64,000 bases of DNA from Octopus sinensis (taxonomy: Eukaryota): contig NC_043014.1 in assembly GCF_006345805.1 (NCBI RefSeq), positions 34,224,001 to 34,288,000 of the forward strand, given 5' to 3'. The translations under genes and the position numbers were made by a program. The stretch's first letter is position 1; each line of letters opens with the position of its first letter. Below the pieces are notes generated by a model. The model did no database searches and was not told the DNA's origin. It was given only the letters and a program-made list of their open reading frames with translations. Of this stretch, positions 13,274 to 26,153 are shown one piece after another.

Positions 13274-13379
13274 GTTTATAAGCTGAGTTAAGACCAATCC
13301 ATTGCCATCAGACTTCACACTGAAACTATCATGTCCGACATTATGATAAGGAAAGTACAGAATTCCGTCAACACGCATG

Positions 13380-13830
13380 CTCACCAAGGGATATAACTCC
13401 ATCAAGCCGACTTGCCGGGCTCCAAACGCAACGTTGGGGAGGCGAAACCGGCAACAATTAATTTCAAGGTGTTTAGTGATGGAAGAATGAAAGTGATAAT
13501 GACAGGAGATTAAAACTAAAAATAAAAAAAACACTAACTCAATTAAACCACACTCAAACACAACAAAATATTTACTGCACTTCAAATTGGTATTTAGGTG
13601 CCGTCGAGAATGGAGTACAGAATTTTAAAAAAACAATCACAATTTGGCTCTCCAAAATTTTTCACGTGACTCTCAATGGCGTTTTTATATTCCTCGGCCA
13701 TCCATCTATTTAGCATATGAAAAATTATATACTATGTAAATAGACACGTGAGACAGTTGAACTGGGTATTTTATTTACATTTTATTGATTACTCATGTCA
13801 CTTCCCGCTGCTGTGTTTAGATTTCAAGGG
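13380..13830 (-). promoter_or_regulatory. Putative USP10 promoter / 5'UTR
   Basis: Locally CpG-enriched, TE-free segment upstream of the ATG; E-boxes TCACGTGAC (13662-13670) and CACGTG (13745-13750); ATGGCG YY1-like core at ~13676. Confidence 0.5.
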
Positions 13831-14877
13831 AGAAATAACCCTTAGATTATTTGACGCTTAGGTTTACGAGGGAGCTAAACGCACTTGATAATGAGTCCCC
13901 TAATAGATTTACATTTACATCTCAAAGCAAAGACATTTAAATAGCATTGATTTTATAATGGAAAACAAGCATTTAATTAGGCATATAAACATATCCCATT
14001 TACATTGTCTTAAATCGCTAAAAGAAAAAAGCTTGTTATAGATTTTGAATTATTTTAAAACTGACTCTTGCAAATCTTTGTAGTCCACCGCCAGAGTAAA
14101 CTAACACCAGATCTTTGAGTACCATTAACGATGTTCATGAATTCGTCTTCCCTCGTTTTCAGGCCCCTCAATCTCACCAGTCTGGAAAAGCCTAAAAACG
14201 TTCATGAACAAAGACCCATATGAAAGCCCTGAAAATCAGACATCAGGGAACAGGGTCAATGACTTCAGTTCGTGGAACAGATTGTGACATAGATCACTCA
14301 ACCCATAGTTAGAGCAAGGGTTCCAAATCCTATGCCAAAGTAGGCAGTGACATTTGGGATGCTGTTGTCTGAAGCTAAATACTGACTGAAGAGGATTCCA
14401 CAGATTCATCAGATAAATTGTATGATAAAACAAATCACTTGCTAATTAGACATTGCTGCTACTCCTGAGAGCAACGAGTTGTCTAACCTGTAGTATCTAT
14501 TCATAAGCAGATGGACTGAGCCATTTAAGAATTAACTGTAATAAAATACAAATAACTAACCTTTTAGCTGGTTGGCCACCATTGCTATCCACTTAACCAT
14601 ACATACTCTTGAAATCAAGTTATTTTATTTTCCTATTTTTTTGCTACTTTTAATCACGGGACTGTGGCCATGCTGGGGCACTACCTTCAAGAGTTCTAGG
14701 TTATCATAATAGCAGTACTATTTCAGTTTGGTATAATTATCTAATTGCTGAGTTACTGTTTTTAACCCAACAACAGTAAATATAATCAGATGCATGCATG
14801 CATGCTTACACACACACACACTTGGCAATATCAGTAGTGCTGAAAGTCACAAAAGATTTAGGGAATGATTTTAAAAC

Positions 14878-15030
14878 TGGCTATGTGGCTGAAAAACTTT
14901 TTCCCAACCATGAGATCTCAAGTTCACTTCCACTGTGTATTTTTGGCAAGTGTCTTCCATTGTGGCCCTGAGTCAACTAAAGTTTTATGAGTGGGTTTAG
15001 TAAATGGAAACTGAAAGAACCTCATTGTAT
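14878..15030 (+). mobile_element. SINE family A 5' half (degenerate)
   Basis: Similarity to 8140-8295. Confidence 0.65.
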
Positions 15031-15032
15031 TT

Positions 15033-15267
15033 GTTATTTCTTTACTGCCCACAAGGGGCTACACACAGAGGGGACAAACAAGGACAGACAAAGGGATTAA
15101 GTTGATTACATCGACCCCAGTGCTTAACTGGTACTTAATTTATCGACCCTGAAACGATAAAAGGCAAAGTCGACCTCGGCGGAATTTGAACTCAGAACGT
15201 AACGGCAGACGAAATACCGCTAAGCATTTCGCTTGGGATGCTAACATTTCTGCCAGCTCGCCGCCTT
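15033..15267 (-). mobile_element. tRNA-derived SINE, family B (head GGCGGCGAGCTGGCAGAA...)
   Basis: B-box-like GAGTTCAAATTCC on the minus strand; near-identical copy at 16216-16449. Confidence 0.88.
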
Positions 15268-15592
15268 TGTGTTTGTGTGTGTTTCTGAGTACTGTTGTAC
15301 ATACTATAAACTGGTTGGCACTAAGAAGGGCATCCAGCTGCACTCCACAGACACAAGTACCCTTGATGTAATTTTCGGGGAGATTCAGTGTAACACAGAA
15401 TGTGACAAGGCTGACCCTTTGAAATACAGGAACTACTCAGTTTTGGCAACTTAGTGAACAGAAACAATGTGAAATAAAGTGTCTTGCTGAAGGACACAAC
15501 ACATTTGCAACCTTACAATCATGAGCCGAATATCCTAACCACTAAGCCATGTGCCTTCACACATGTATATATGTGTGTGTGTGTGTGTGTGT

Positions 15593-16175
15593 CATCATCA
15601 TCATTTAACGTCCGTTTTCCATGCTAGCATGGGTTGGACAGTTTCACAGGGGTCTGGGAAGCCAGGAGGCTGCACCAGGCTCCAGTCTGATCTAGCAGTG
15701 TTTCTACATCTGGATGCCCTTCCTAAAGCCATCCACTCCATGAGTGTAGTGGGTGCTTTTTACGTACCACCAGCACAGGGGCCAGAAGAGGCTGGCAATG
15801 GCCAAGATCAGTTGGTGCTTTTTACGTGCCACCAGCACGGAAGCCAGCCAACACGGCACTGGCATCAGCCACATTAGGATGGTACTTTTTACGTGTCACC
15901 AGCACGGGTATCACAACTACAATTTCCATTTGATTCTTATTTTGATGTTGATGTACTTGACTCAATAGGTCTCCTCAAGCACAGCAGGTTGCCCCACGAT
16001 CCAAGGTAAGCACAGCAGGCCATCCTGTGATCCAAGGTACTTTGAATGGGCTGAGGCTGGTTGTGTGAAGCTGGTGTAGGATACAGCCATGAACTCACTT
16101 TATTTCTCAGGTCTTCACAGTCACAGCATATTTCCAGAGGTCTCGGTCTTTTGTCATTGCCTCTGTGAGGCCCAC
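15593..16175 (-). mobile_element. RTE-LINE 3' region with internal tandem subrepeats (tggtgcttttacgtgccac)
   Basis: Begins with a (CAT)n tail; matches 38830-39334 in reverse. Confidence 0.82.
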
Positions 16176-16180
16176 ATATA

Positions 16181-16215
<35 letters not shown>

Positions 16216-16218
<3 letters not shown>

Positions 16219-16449
16219 TTTCTTTACTCCCCACAAAGGGGCTAAACACAGAGGGGCAAACAAGGACAGACAAACGGATTAAGTCGATTACATCGACCCA
16301 GTGCGTAACTGGTACTTAATTTATCGACCCCGAAAGGATGAAAGGCAAAGTCGACCTCGGCGGAGTTTGAACTCAGAATGCAACGACAGACGCAATACCG
16401 CTAAGCATTTCGCCCGGTGTGCTAACGTTTCTGCCAGCTCGACGCCTTT
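16216..16449 (-). mobile_element. SINE family B copy
   Basis: Near-identical to 15033-15267; flanked by (TA)n. Confidence 0.88.
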
Positions 16450-16706
16450 ATATACGTATGTATATGTGTGTGTGTGTATTTATGCATGCATGTACATGTA
16501 TGTGTATATATGCACACACACATTATTACCAGTATGTAAATGTAATTCCCTAATTTGAAACTAGTTTTATATGTGCCAATGCATGAAACTCTCCATGTTT
16601 GAGTCATTCTGTAACTTCTGCTGATTATTAATACAATATTTTGTAATACATAAATACATTATAATAAGGAAATCTCATTTAGATGTTCACCAAGCACTAT
16701 ATTATA

Positions 16707-17870
16707 TACAGGGTACCCCCCCACCAAAAAAAAATTGATATCATTTGAAATGTGAATATCTGAATAACTACATGTCAAAGGCAAATGAAATGAAATAGGC
16801 TTCATGTTGAACAACAAAAGATTTATTTATCAAAATTTGAACAAGAGATTCAGAGAAATGTAGATTTTATAACCAATTTCACAAAGCTTCACAAATGTTC
16901 AATAAGTGCACCGTTGTGACACAACACACATCAAGTTGGTTGTCCAGCTTCTGCCAAACACACTGTAGCATGTCTTGCATAACATTCTCCAGTGCCTCAA
17001 TGATTCTCTGCTTGAGTTCCTCTGGGTATTTAGGAGGAAGTGGGATACAGACCAATCCTTTCACATAGCCCTATAGAAAAAAATCACAAGGTGTCAAATC
17101 AGGTGAACATGGTGGACAATTTAACAACACATTGTCATTATTACTGACATGCCAGAACCATCTCCCTTGTAGATTATCATTGAGATAAACTCACACAGTC
17201 AGCTTCCAGTGAGGTAGATCACCATCCTGTTGAAAAATGAATTGTTCGGGCTCATTTTTTGCAATGAGCTCATCAAATAACCATTCCTGAAGCACTTGCA
17301 AATAAACATCACCGATTGCGTTTCCCTCAAAGAAAAACAGTCCATAAAGACAATTCTTGGAGATTGCACAGAATACGTTCACATTTACTGAGTCCCTCAT
17401 GTGCTGGGGATTTTCTTCCCACCAAATGCAAACATTATGCTTGTTGACTTTGTATGAAATGAGGCCTCATCAAACTGCTTTATGAACTCCTCATCTTCAA
17501 TTTTCTCTTGTATAGTGGTACAGAATTGTTTGCACTTTTCCCTGTTTAAGGCTTGCATGAGCTGCAGTTTATATGGTGTCATTAGCAAGCATTTCTTTAT
17601 TACATGCCAAAGTGTCATATGAGGAATCTGGGTTTCCATAGATGCTCTTCTTACAGACTTTTTGGAGTTGCACACAAATGTCCAGATCCCTTTGCCCTGC
17701 ACAGACAACCTTCCTCTTTGAATTTTTTGTGCCATGTCCACATCTGCTTTCCAGTTGGTGCATTTTTATTGAATTTTCTTGAAAATGTATGCTGCACACT
17801 CTTGTTTGACTGTGTTCAAGCATATTCTAACACATAAAATGCCTTTTCATCTCTAGTGAATGCTACATTA
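16707..17870 (-). mobile_element. Tc1/mariner-superfamily transposon relic (rosa/Visitor DD41D-like), frameshifted
   Basis: N-terminal FTRDEKAFYVLEYA, FDEASF, IFQQDGDLPHW, PPCSPDLTPCDFFL*GYVK; TA-CAGGGT terminus at 16707; stops and frameshifts. Confidence 0.85.
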
Positions 17871-17879
17871 TTTACATTC

Positions 17880-18980
17880 GATGGATATTTGTCCTCATCT
17901 TGTTTGTTGTTAACACGTTTTGACTGATATACCCCCCAGCTTTCTTCAGGTGTCTTGGGGAAATTTTGAACCTGGGTTCTCATTCCTAAGGTATTTTTCG
18001 ATATTGTTGTTGTCATCGTCGTTCAGGTCACTGCTTGAATTCAAACTCAGAATCTTGGGGTTAGTAGCCTGTGCTCTTAACCACTATGCCATATGCCCGT
18101 GGGCAATTATGGAGTGAATTTTAGGGCTTATAAATCCAATATTTTTCTATCCTTCTTTAATACTGGCTCCTATATGCTGCTCATATTTGCACTCAGTCTG
18201 CTTAGGAGGTTGTTGTGTCCTAGCACATGTGCTGTTTCTTTTAGTTTTCGTATTTTCCAGTGGTATCCTCTGTCTATTATTTTAACTTCATCCCACGGGA
18301 GGACGTGGTCTCCATTTTTCCATACATGATTAGCTATATCCAATTTATCAATATCTCATCATGTCACAGCTTTGCAATGTTCATCTACCCTTATTTTGAA
18401 GGGGCAGCATGTTTCGCCTTTGTATAACTTACCACAGCTACATGGGATGGAGTACACGCAGTCTTTGGTCCTATTCTCTTCTATTGGGGGTTTTACTCGA
18501 AGGAGATATTTGCGAAGTGTTGTATTACTCTTGAATACTGTCCTGATGTCATATGGGCTGCATGTCTTTTGTATCTTTTCAGAGAGGCCTTTCACATAGA
18601 GTAGACAGACTGTGGACAGTTTTTTGGCCTCATCCTTTCTCTTCTTCATAATTGGAGTGGATAGTATACTTTTTGGGGTAATTGTTGCTTAACAAATCAT
18701 TGTTGAACTTGATCATTTCTTCATGATGTGTATCAGTCGCTACTTATATTCTTTGCATGATGTTTTAGGCACTGAGGAATCCCACCATCCATACAGTGTA
18801 AAGAGAGGGATTGCTCAGTGCCTAAAACATTGTGCAAAGAATATAAGTAGCGATCATGATACACACCACAAAGAAATGATCAAGCTCAATAACGATCTAT
18901 TAAGCAACAACTACCCCAAAAGCATACTATCCTCTCCAATTATGAAGAAGAGAGAAGATGAGGCCAAAAAACTGTCCTTA
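17880..18980 (-). mobile_element. Penelope-like retroelement fragment (GIY-YIG endonuclease) with an inverted 5' duplication
   Basis: ORF 18359-18649 has CVYSIPCSCGKLYKGET...RVDEH (PLE GIY-YIG); SHHPYSVKRGIAQCL is the PLE RT C-terminal motif; inverted arms at ~18613-18776 and ~18814-18978. Confidence 0.85.
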
Positions 18981-19025
18981 TGATTGTGAGCCAAATATAC
19001 CCTAACCACTAAGCCATGTACCTTC

Positions 19026-19200
<175 letters not shown>

Positions 19201-19229
19201 TTAATCTTATCCTCCTTAAGTTTTCACAC

Positions 19230-20150
19230 AAAATCAGCCAAAAAGATGTCAAATGTCTCTTGTTAATTTTCTTGAAGCTGGTGACAGGGTTTTGATGAAT
19301 GATTCAGCTGCTGCCTCACAATGTAAACATGCGGTCCACCCCTTTGTATGTACAGTGCACTTATATACAAGATTAATACTCATTTAGAGGTTCATCAATG
19401 GGCATTTTGTTTTTTCTCTGCATGAGCATTTATTAGATTTAGTTGTATTTGTGGCAGTGCTAACTTCATTTTCTGACACTGATACCGTGTTGGTTATATC
19501 ACTATTATTGTTGCTGTCATGAAGTGGCTACAGAGGGTGTTTTTATTCTGGTTGATATTTCCTTTCTTGACATTTTGTTGTCTATATTTGCAGTCTTTCG
19601 TTGAACCAGAAGTAGTTCACCTGTCATAAGTTATAGTTCCAGTAGGTGGGTTATTCAACAGTTAGTTTATTTTCCAGTTATTAATGCAGTGCATATGCTG
19701 CTCTAAATCAATAGAGTTAGCATATGATACCTTCATTGTGTGTCTATTAAAATTAGTATTGTATCTATTTGATTTTGGGAAACATTTGTCTAATGTAGCA
19801 AAAACTTCCCTTGTGATCTTCCTTGAAACATGTGAACCATGGATTGTGTTGTGCCACAGGATATCATGATTCTTATATTTGTTGTTTGGCTTATTTGTTC
19901 TGATGTGTTGTTCAAGGTTGGGACAATTAATTGAGTTGCTAGCAGTTGTATGATTGTGTTGTGTGTGTCAATGAGTTTTGGTTTGTAGTTTATTGCCTTG
20001 ACTAATTCTTTTTGGGCTGTATTTTCAATCTGAGTGTGTTCGCTTACTGTAACATAGTATTGATATGTCATGTTTAATTATTAGTGGAGGAATTGGTAGA
20101 GTTGTGTATATTGGTATCTTGTATGTTTTGAATTTTCTCATGGTATTCAG
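19230..20150 (-). mobile_element. Second, older Penelope-like (Neptune-type) relic
   Basis: Minus strand reads KCPLMNL*MSINLVYKCTV at ~19350-19408, resembling the CPL..CL...VY.C.V linker/GIY-YIG start; heavily degenerate. Confidence 0.45.
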
Positions 20151-20685
20151 GCCTAGCTACATATATATGAAGTGGTAGCAAAATGTTCCCAGACTAGTTC
20201 TATAACATGCTAACAGATGGCAGCATACGGTTGCATGCAGAGTGAGAGCTAACAGTGACCTTCATGAAGAAGTGTACAAAAACTTTATTAGAAAAATTCA
20301 TCTAAAAAGTCTGATTGGTCACCAATAAATAGATACTAAACTGCATACATTGCCACTAATGTTGGTCTTTTTTCAGTGTCTAAAAAGAATATTAAATGAG
20401 TCTTGAAGTCAAATAAAATGGGGTAATAAACCCAAATGTTTTCAGCACATCACATAACTGACAATATAGTGTGTCAACAAAGGTGCTTTTCCATAGCCAT
20501 ATAATTTACTAGAAATAGCAGTGAAATATCCTTCAAATTGCATGCTACTGTTTTATAAAACAAAAGATACTCTGAATAAAGTAGTTCCCAATATACTGTA
20601 TCTGAAATTAAAAAAATCAGGCTGTTCATAGCTGGAACAATTTTCATCATAGGTCTGCTCAATCAGGCATTATAAGCCACAAAAT

Positions 20686-20758
20686 ACCACCATCATCGCT
20701 GCCGCCACCACCACAACCACAACCACCACTGCCGCCGCCACTACCACCACAACCACCA
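20686..20758. repeat. (CCA/CCG)n trinucleotide repeat
   Basis: Direct reading. Confidence 0.85.
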
Positions 20759-20935
20759 TGCTCATATGGGTTGGACATGAATAGAGTATATAAATATATA
20801 TTTTAAACATTAAATATGATTTCCCTTATCTAACTATACATTTAACATACTGTATGACATTCCAAATAGTCATATTTTGTTAACAACCCCTCAAGTAAAG
20901 TTAAAAAACCTGTTGTTTCTAGTTTTTGAAATATA

Positions 20936-21233
20936 AAGCACCATCCAATCATGGCCGTTGCCAGCCTCACTTGGCCCCCGTGCTGGTAGCACGTAAAAAG
21001 TACCATCCGATCGTGGCCGTTTGCCAGCCTCTTCTGGCACCTGTGCCAGTGGCATGTAAAAAGCACCCACTACACTCACGGAGTGGTTGGCATTAGGAAG
21101 GGCATCCAGCCGTAGAAACATTGCCAGATCAGACTGGGCTTGGTGCAGCCTTCTGGCTTCCCAGACCCCAGTTGAACGGTCCAACCCATGCTAGCATGGA
21201 AAGTGGATGCTAAATGATGATGATGATGATGAT
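20936..21233 (+). mobile_element. RTE-LINE 3' end with (GAT)n tail
   Basis: Same family as 7346-7504 and 38990-39334. Confidence 0.85.
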
Positions 21234-21497
21234 TGCATTTAAATATTGTTTTGAAAAAGGTGATGGACTAGCAAAATAATTGAACACTAAATAAAATGGC
21301 TTGCAGAATTTACTCACAGCTGTTTAAGTTGTGAGTTCAAATCCCTAAGAAGTTACCTTTGTCATTCCACCTTCCAGAGTCAGTTGAGTAGTGGGGTTGA
21401 TGAAATTAGAGGTAGCCATCCTCTAAATTTGAGAGCTTGTGCCTTTATTTGAATTTAATAATCAGCAGAGTATCCATCCATTTTATGTCTACTATTC

Positions 21498-22298
21498 GTT
21501 CCAGACACCCAGCTGAATACTTAACAGACACTGACTTTACTGACGAAATCGCTCTTATCAGCGATTCTCTCTCCAATGCCCAGTCTCTTTTACAATCTCT
21601 CAAACAAGCCTCAAATTGTGTAGGTCTTTACCTCAATGAGACCAAGACTGAATATGTAAACAAGTGCCTGTCCAACAGTGATTTCATCATCCATACTCTC
21701 AACAATGCGCCCTTAAATATGGTTTCTGATTACAAGTATCTTGGGTCATACATATCATCATCTGGAAAAGATTTTCTAACTATAAAGGGTATGGCCTGGT
21801 CAGCCTGTAATAATATGCATAAGATCTGGTCATCAAATCTAAGTAGAGATTTCAAACTTAAAATCTTCAAAGCCACAGTCGAACCAATTCTGCTATATGG
21901 TTCAGAAACCTGGATGTTATCAAAGAAGCTTGAGAGGCGGTTGGATGGAACTTACACTTGCCTCCTTATGAGAGCTCAAAATCTCTCGTGGAAGCGTCAT
22001 CCAACCAAAATACAAATATATGGAAAAAAACCACCTGTATCATCTCCTGTGAAAGGTAGGAGAGTCCAGTTTGCTGGACATTGTTGTAGAGTTGAAAATG
22101 AGGCAGTTTCTACTCTTCTCCTCTGAAAGCCATCTACTCGCGATACCAGAGGGTGCACACTCTCCTACCCTGATGTAATCTCCAGGGATACAGGCATACA
22201 GCAACAGAACCTCCGTAATGCTATGATGGCCCATGAAGTCTGGCATAGCATAGTAAATTCCATTGTTTCAACCATGGTCGAACAATGATGATGATGAT
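21498..22298 (+). mobile_element. RTE/BovB-like LINE, 5'-truncated RT C-terminus, (TGA)n tail
   Basis: ORF 21437-22126: TDTDFTDEIALIS (degenerate YADD), GLYLNETKT, YKYLGS, ILLYGSETW; ends in atgatgatgat. Confidence 0.9.
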
Positions 22299-22520
22299 TC
22301 CTAGGAGGGTTGTGAGGTAGAGTTCTCAGGCACCACCTCCACAGGGTCCTACCAGAAGTAACCATCATTAGACTTGGCTGGATTACCAAGCATGACCAAC
22401 AGAGTTTATGGACATTATCCAACCATTTCATTCTTGGTCTACTCCTAGGACTCCAGCTAATTGGCTCAGCTTGAAGACTCCACCTTGCAATTCTTTCCTG
22501 TGACATTCTTATCAACAGAG
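22298..22520 (-). mobile_element. LINE C-terminal fragment (RTE-like)
   Basis: ERIARWSLQAEP...RSRPRMKWLDNV resembles the RTE C-terminal GRPRxxWxD motif. Confidence 0.55.
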
Positions 22521-22861
22521 CATTGGGCAAAAATAATTTGCAGTATATAGTCATAACTTCCTTTATGTTTTGCATATAGTCCCAACTTCCTTTATGTTTT
22601 GCTGGAGTTGATCTCATAATTAATTCTTCCAGAGATAAGTAAAAGAGAGCACCTGCATCATACTGGAGTTGATAATATAATCAACTACATTGTCTCACAC
22701 AATTTTTGAGGTTGTATTGGTTTCAAATTTTTGACACAAGGCCAGCAAGTTCAAAGGAGAAGGGAGTTGATTACATCAGCACCAGTGCTCAACTGGTACT
22801 TATTTTATTAACCTTGAAAGGGATGGAAGGCAAAGCGAAAAGGGATGAAAGGCAGAGCTAG

Positions 22862-24150
22862 TTGAAAAATTCCAGGTGTGGAAGCAAAACCTAGAATCTG
22901 TAGACCTTAAGGTTAATTTAGCAAGGACTAAGGTCCTAGTAAGCAAGAAAACTGACAGGACCCTGCCCACCTCAAGTAGATGGCCTTGTACAATTTATTG
23001 GAAAGATGTAGGCAGGAACTCCATATAGTGTACCCAGTGCAAGCTGTGGACACACAAGAGGTGCAGTGGGTTAATTGGAAGGCTATCAGAGAAGACAGTT
23101 TTCATTTCATTTCAGAGAAGACATTTTAATTTGTGGAAGATTTACAGGACCCATAAAAACTTTAGACTTGGGAAATTGATTCTTTCAAATACTCTGGTGG
23201 CTCATAAGAGGTAGTAGATAATTTCTGCTACCTAGGGAACCAAATTAGTAGTGGGAGAGGATACAGGAGAGTGTGATAGCTAGAATAAGAATTGGATGGA
23301 AGAAATTCAGGAAGCTGTTATCTCTGTTGGCCACAAAAGTTTTCTCTCTCTGAGTGAAAGGAAGATTGAATGATGCATGTATATGGACAGCAATTCAACA
23401 TGGTAGTGAGATGTAGGCCCTGAATGCAGAGGACATGTGAAGGTTAGAAAGGAATGAAGCTAGTGTGCTCTGTTAGATGTGTAATGTAAGTGTACATGTT
23501 CAACAGAGTGCCAGTTTTCTGAGAGAGAAGCTAAGCATAAGAGGAATTGGTTGCTGTGTACAAGAGAGAAGACTGTGCTGGTTTGGTCATGTGATGTGGA
23601 TGGATGCCAACAGCTCCACAAAGAAGTGCCGATCTCTCAAAGTGGATGGAACACATGGAAATGGGAAGACAGGAAGACATAGGATGAAGTACTGAAGAAT
23701 GACTTCAAGAAGCTGAAACTTTCAAGCAAGATGACAAAGGACTGAGATCTCTGGTGCCTGGTTTTACTCGAGAAGACTTATACTCCACTGCAGAAGTGCT
23801 GAGATCGATCCTTTGGTGAGCATAAAACACCCATGGGCGCCACGTAAAAGCACCCATGTGGTGCCACATAAAAGCACCAAGCACACTCTGTAAAGTGATT
23901 GGCGTTAGGAAGGGCATCCAGCTGTAGAAACCATGTCAAATCAGATTGGAGTCTGATGCAGCCCTCACCCAGGGCAGTCGCTGGAGCATCATGTACTAAG
24001 GGGCACCAAGGAGGGCGTGACAAAGACAAGGAAATTTCCAAGAAAATACACACCAAAATTCAGCTAGTCTGAGGTGCCAGCAACCCTAGGGCCGACCCTG
24101 CCCCCATCTGTCTTGCTAGCTATGGTCACACCATCCAACCCATGATGATG
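22862..24150 (+). mobile_element. RTE-X-like LINE relic (RT C-terminus with Cys/His finger insertion), same family as 36680-39334
   Basis: NLAKTKVLV-like motif, CTQCKLWTHKRC, FCYLG, RRLCWFGHV; 3'UTR shared with the (GAT)n-tail fragments. Confidence 0.85.
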
Positions 24151-25979
24151 ACACATGCACATTTATGAAGACCAAACCATGTATGTGCAAGAAACAAGTA
24201 GGTATACATGAACTGCACACTACTTGCAAGTAAATCTGCAGGATGGTACAAGTGAGTCTGGAGAAAATCCTGTGTTTGCAACCTGTCAAAGATGTGCAAA
24301 CTGCATTGTAATAGCTTTGGAGTCTGTAATGGCCGTTGCTGCTAAATCATCAGCAAAGTCATAGAACGCTGTATTTACCCTTGAGTAGTATTCACATCTT
24401 TGTGTTTATTTGTTACATTCAGTTTTTCTGTGTATTATTTTCTTAGTCTCTCATACCACGTATACTATTTACAGTGGACAATAGCTTTGTACAGCTGTAG
24501 TGATATATTAATCATCAGAAATTATGAATAAACCCATTTTTAAATGTTATATAGTTTTATTTATCATGAACAGAATTTGTAGTTCTCTACACTTCTTTCC
24601 TAGAATGTCAAACGTCAACTCATTGGCATTCTCTTCTCATGCCTGTTTTTTTTTTTGTCTTTGCAGATGTCGACTTTTGACCGTTCAAATTGAGCACCGA
24701 CATATAGATATCGCCAGCAATGAAGTTCCGGCGAATGTCATGGCTATTGTCCCTTAGTTCAATAAAGGGAAAAAAATTAATGACGTGCACAGAATTAAAT
24801 TCATTTTTTTTTTTCATATAAGTTTTTGGTGAAATGCCATAGTTTAACATATGCTATATGCAGTGTATAAAATGGCTACATTTTTGTTAAACAAAAATAA
24901 CCATCTAAAAAAAATAAAGACGCGCTTAAATTTAAAGGACAAGCACGTGAATCTTTCAAAAGTAACGTCGTAGTTCTCTCAGAAACTAGATTTTTGTTCG
25001 TTGACAAAGATCTGATTTTGTTTTCAAACATTAAAACAAACGGGGACACACATAAAACAAATATCAAAAAGATATCTCTTTATTGTTAATAGTTCCCCTT
25101 TGTGGGGATGATGGGTTGGCAAAAATGGTAGAACTCTGAACAAAATGCATTGTATTTAGTTACAGTTTTTATGTTCTGATTTCTAAATCCCGCCAGAGTT
25201 GACTTTATCTTTCACCCGACAGAGTGTCAATAAAATAAAGTACTCCATCTAATACTGGAGTCAATAGAATCGACAATTCTTTTCCCAAAAATCTAAGGGT
25301 TATGTTAGAAATAATTTGCCTTTGTAGTAAAACTTTCGTTTTTATTACATTGGCTTTTATTTCAGAATATTTAAGTTCACGGTAGAACGGCATACCTATG
25401 CAAAGATTTACTTTGTAAAGTAAATATACAAAGATTTACTTTGTAAAGTAAATACACGATTCAATTGTTTCACCTAGAAAGCCAGACAAAGTTGATAAAA
25501 GTTTCAAAATGCTAGTGATGGCATATCTGATATCGTGACCGGCTTAATCCCTTAAATGTGTTAACACTAACTTAACTATTATTTTTCGTGTGGATGGCGT
25601 GTCTGAGTAATAAATCTCGGTGAGGACTTATTTCTCATGTTCTCCACCCTAAGTACTTTCATCGTATATACTGCCTGAGATTAATATTAATGAAATTAAT
25701 TCACTGATAGTCAATGGTAACGATAAATCGTATCCCCATGAAAACAGCATAAAAAAACTATGAATAAAACACTGAACACTCCCTGTTAGGGTTGTGTGTA
25801 AAATTAGAAACAAAGGGTTTTATGTTAAGCAAGATAACTACATATATATATACTTCATTATAATACTTGCTTTTTTATGAGCTTAAAATCATTTTAAATG
25901 TTTTCGTATATTTTTTAGCTAATTTTAAAATTCTCTTAAAATAGAATGAATTATATCTGAAACTATTCCGCATTTTCGT

Positions 25980-26153
25980 AATAAGTAACATCGCAGTATG
26001 GCGTCGCGGCCAACACACGTGGCTTGATACCGTCTCATTTATTTCTACCATCGTCAAACGTTTCATTTGATTTCCCCACTTCATTTCCCGCACATTTTAT
26101 CCTTCATCAAGTTTGAGATGGGCCGCTGCCGCACAAGACGACATTACAATAAG
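25980..26153 (+). promoter_or_regulatory. Putative promoter and first exon of the plus-strand MDN1/host transcript
   Basis: CpG cluster with ATGGCG (YY1-like core) and E-box CACGTG at 26016-26021; ATG at 26118; donor AAG|gtaaat at 26153/26154. It is the clearest promoter-like island upstream of the MDN1 acceptor. Confidence 0.55.

Noticed and set aside
13073-13585. 170-aa ORF over the USP10 5' end
   Set aside because: Non-ATG start and no recognisable homology; only MAKTAQ before the donor is supported as coding.
18026-18098. Functional tRNA
   Set aside because: Degenerate stems and B-box; embedded in a Penelope-like element.
24150-24380. Short Cys-containing plus-strand ORF
   Set aside because: The minus strand reads YDFADDLA, suggesting a decayed LINE RT fragment instead.
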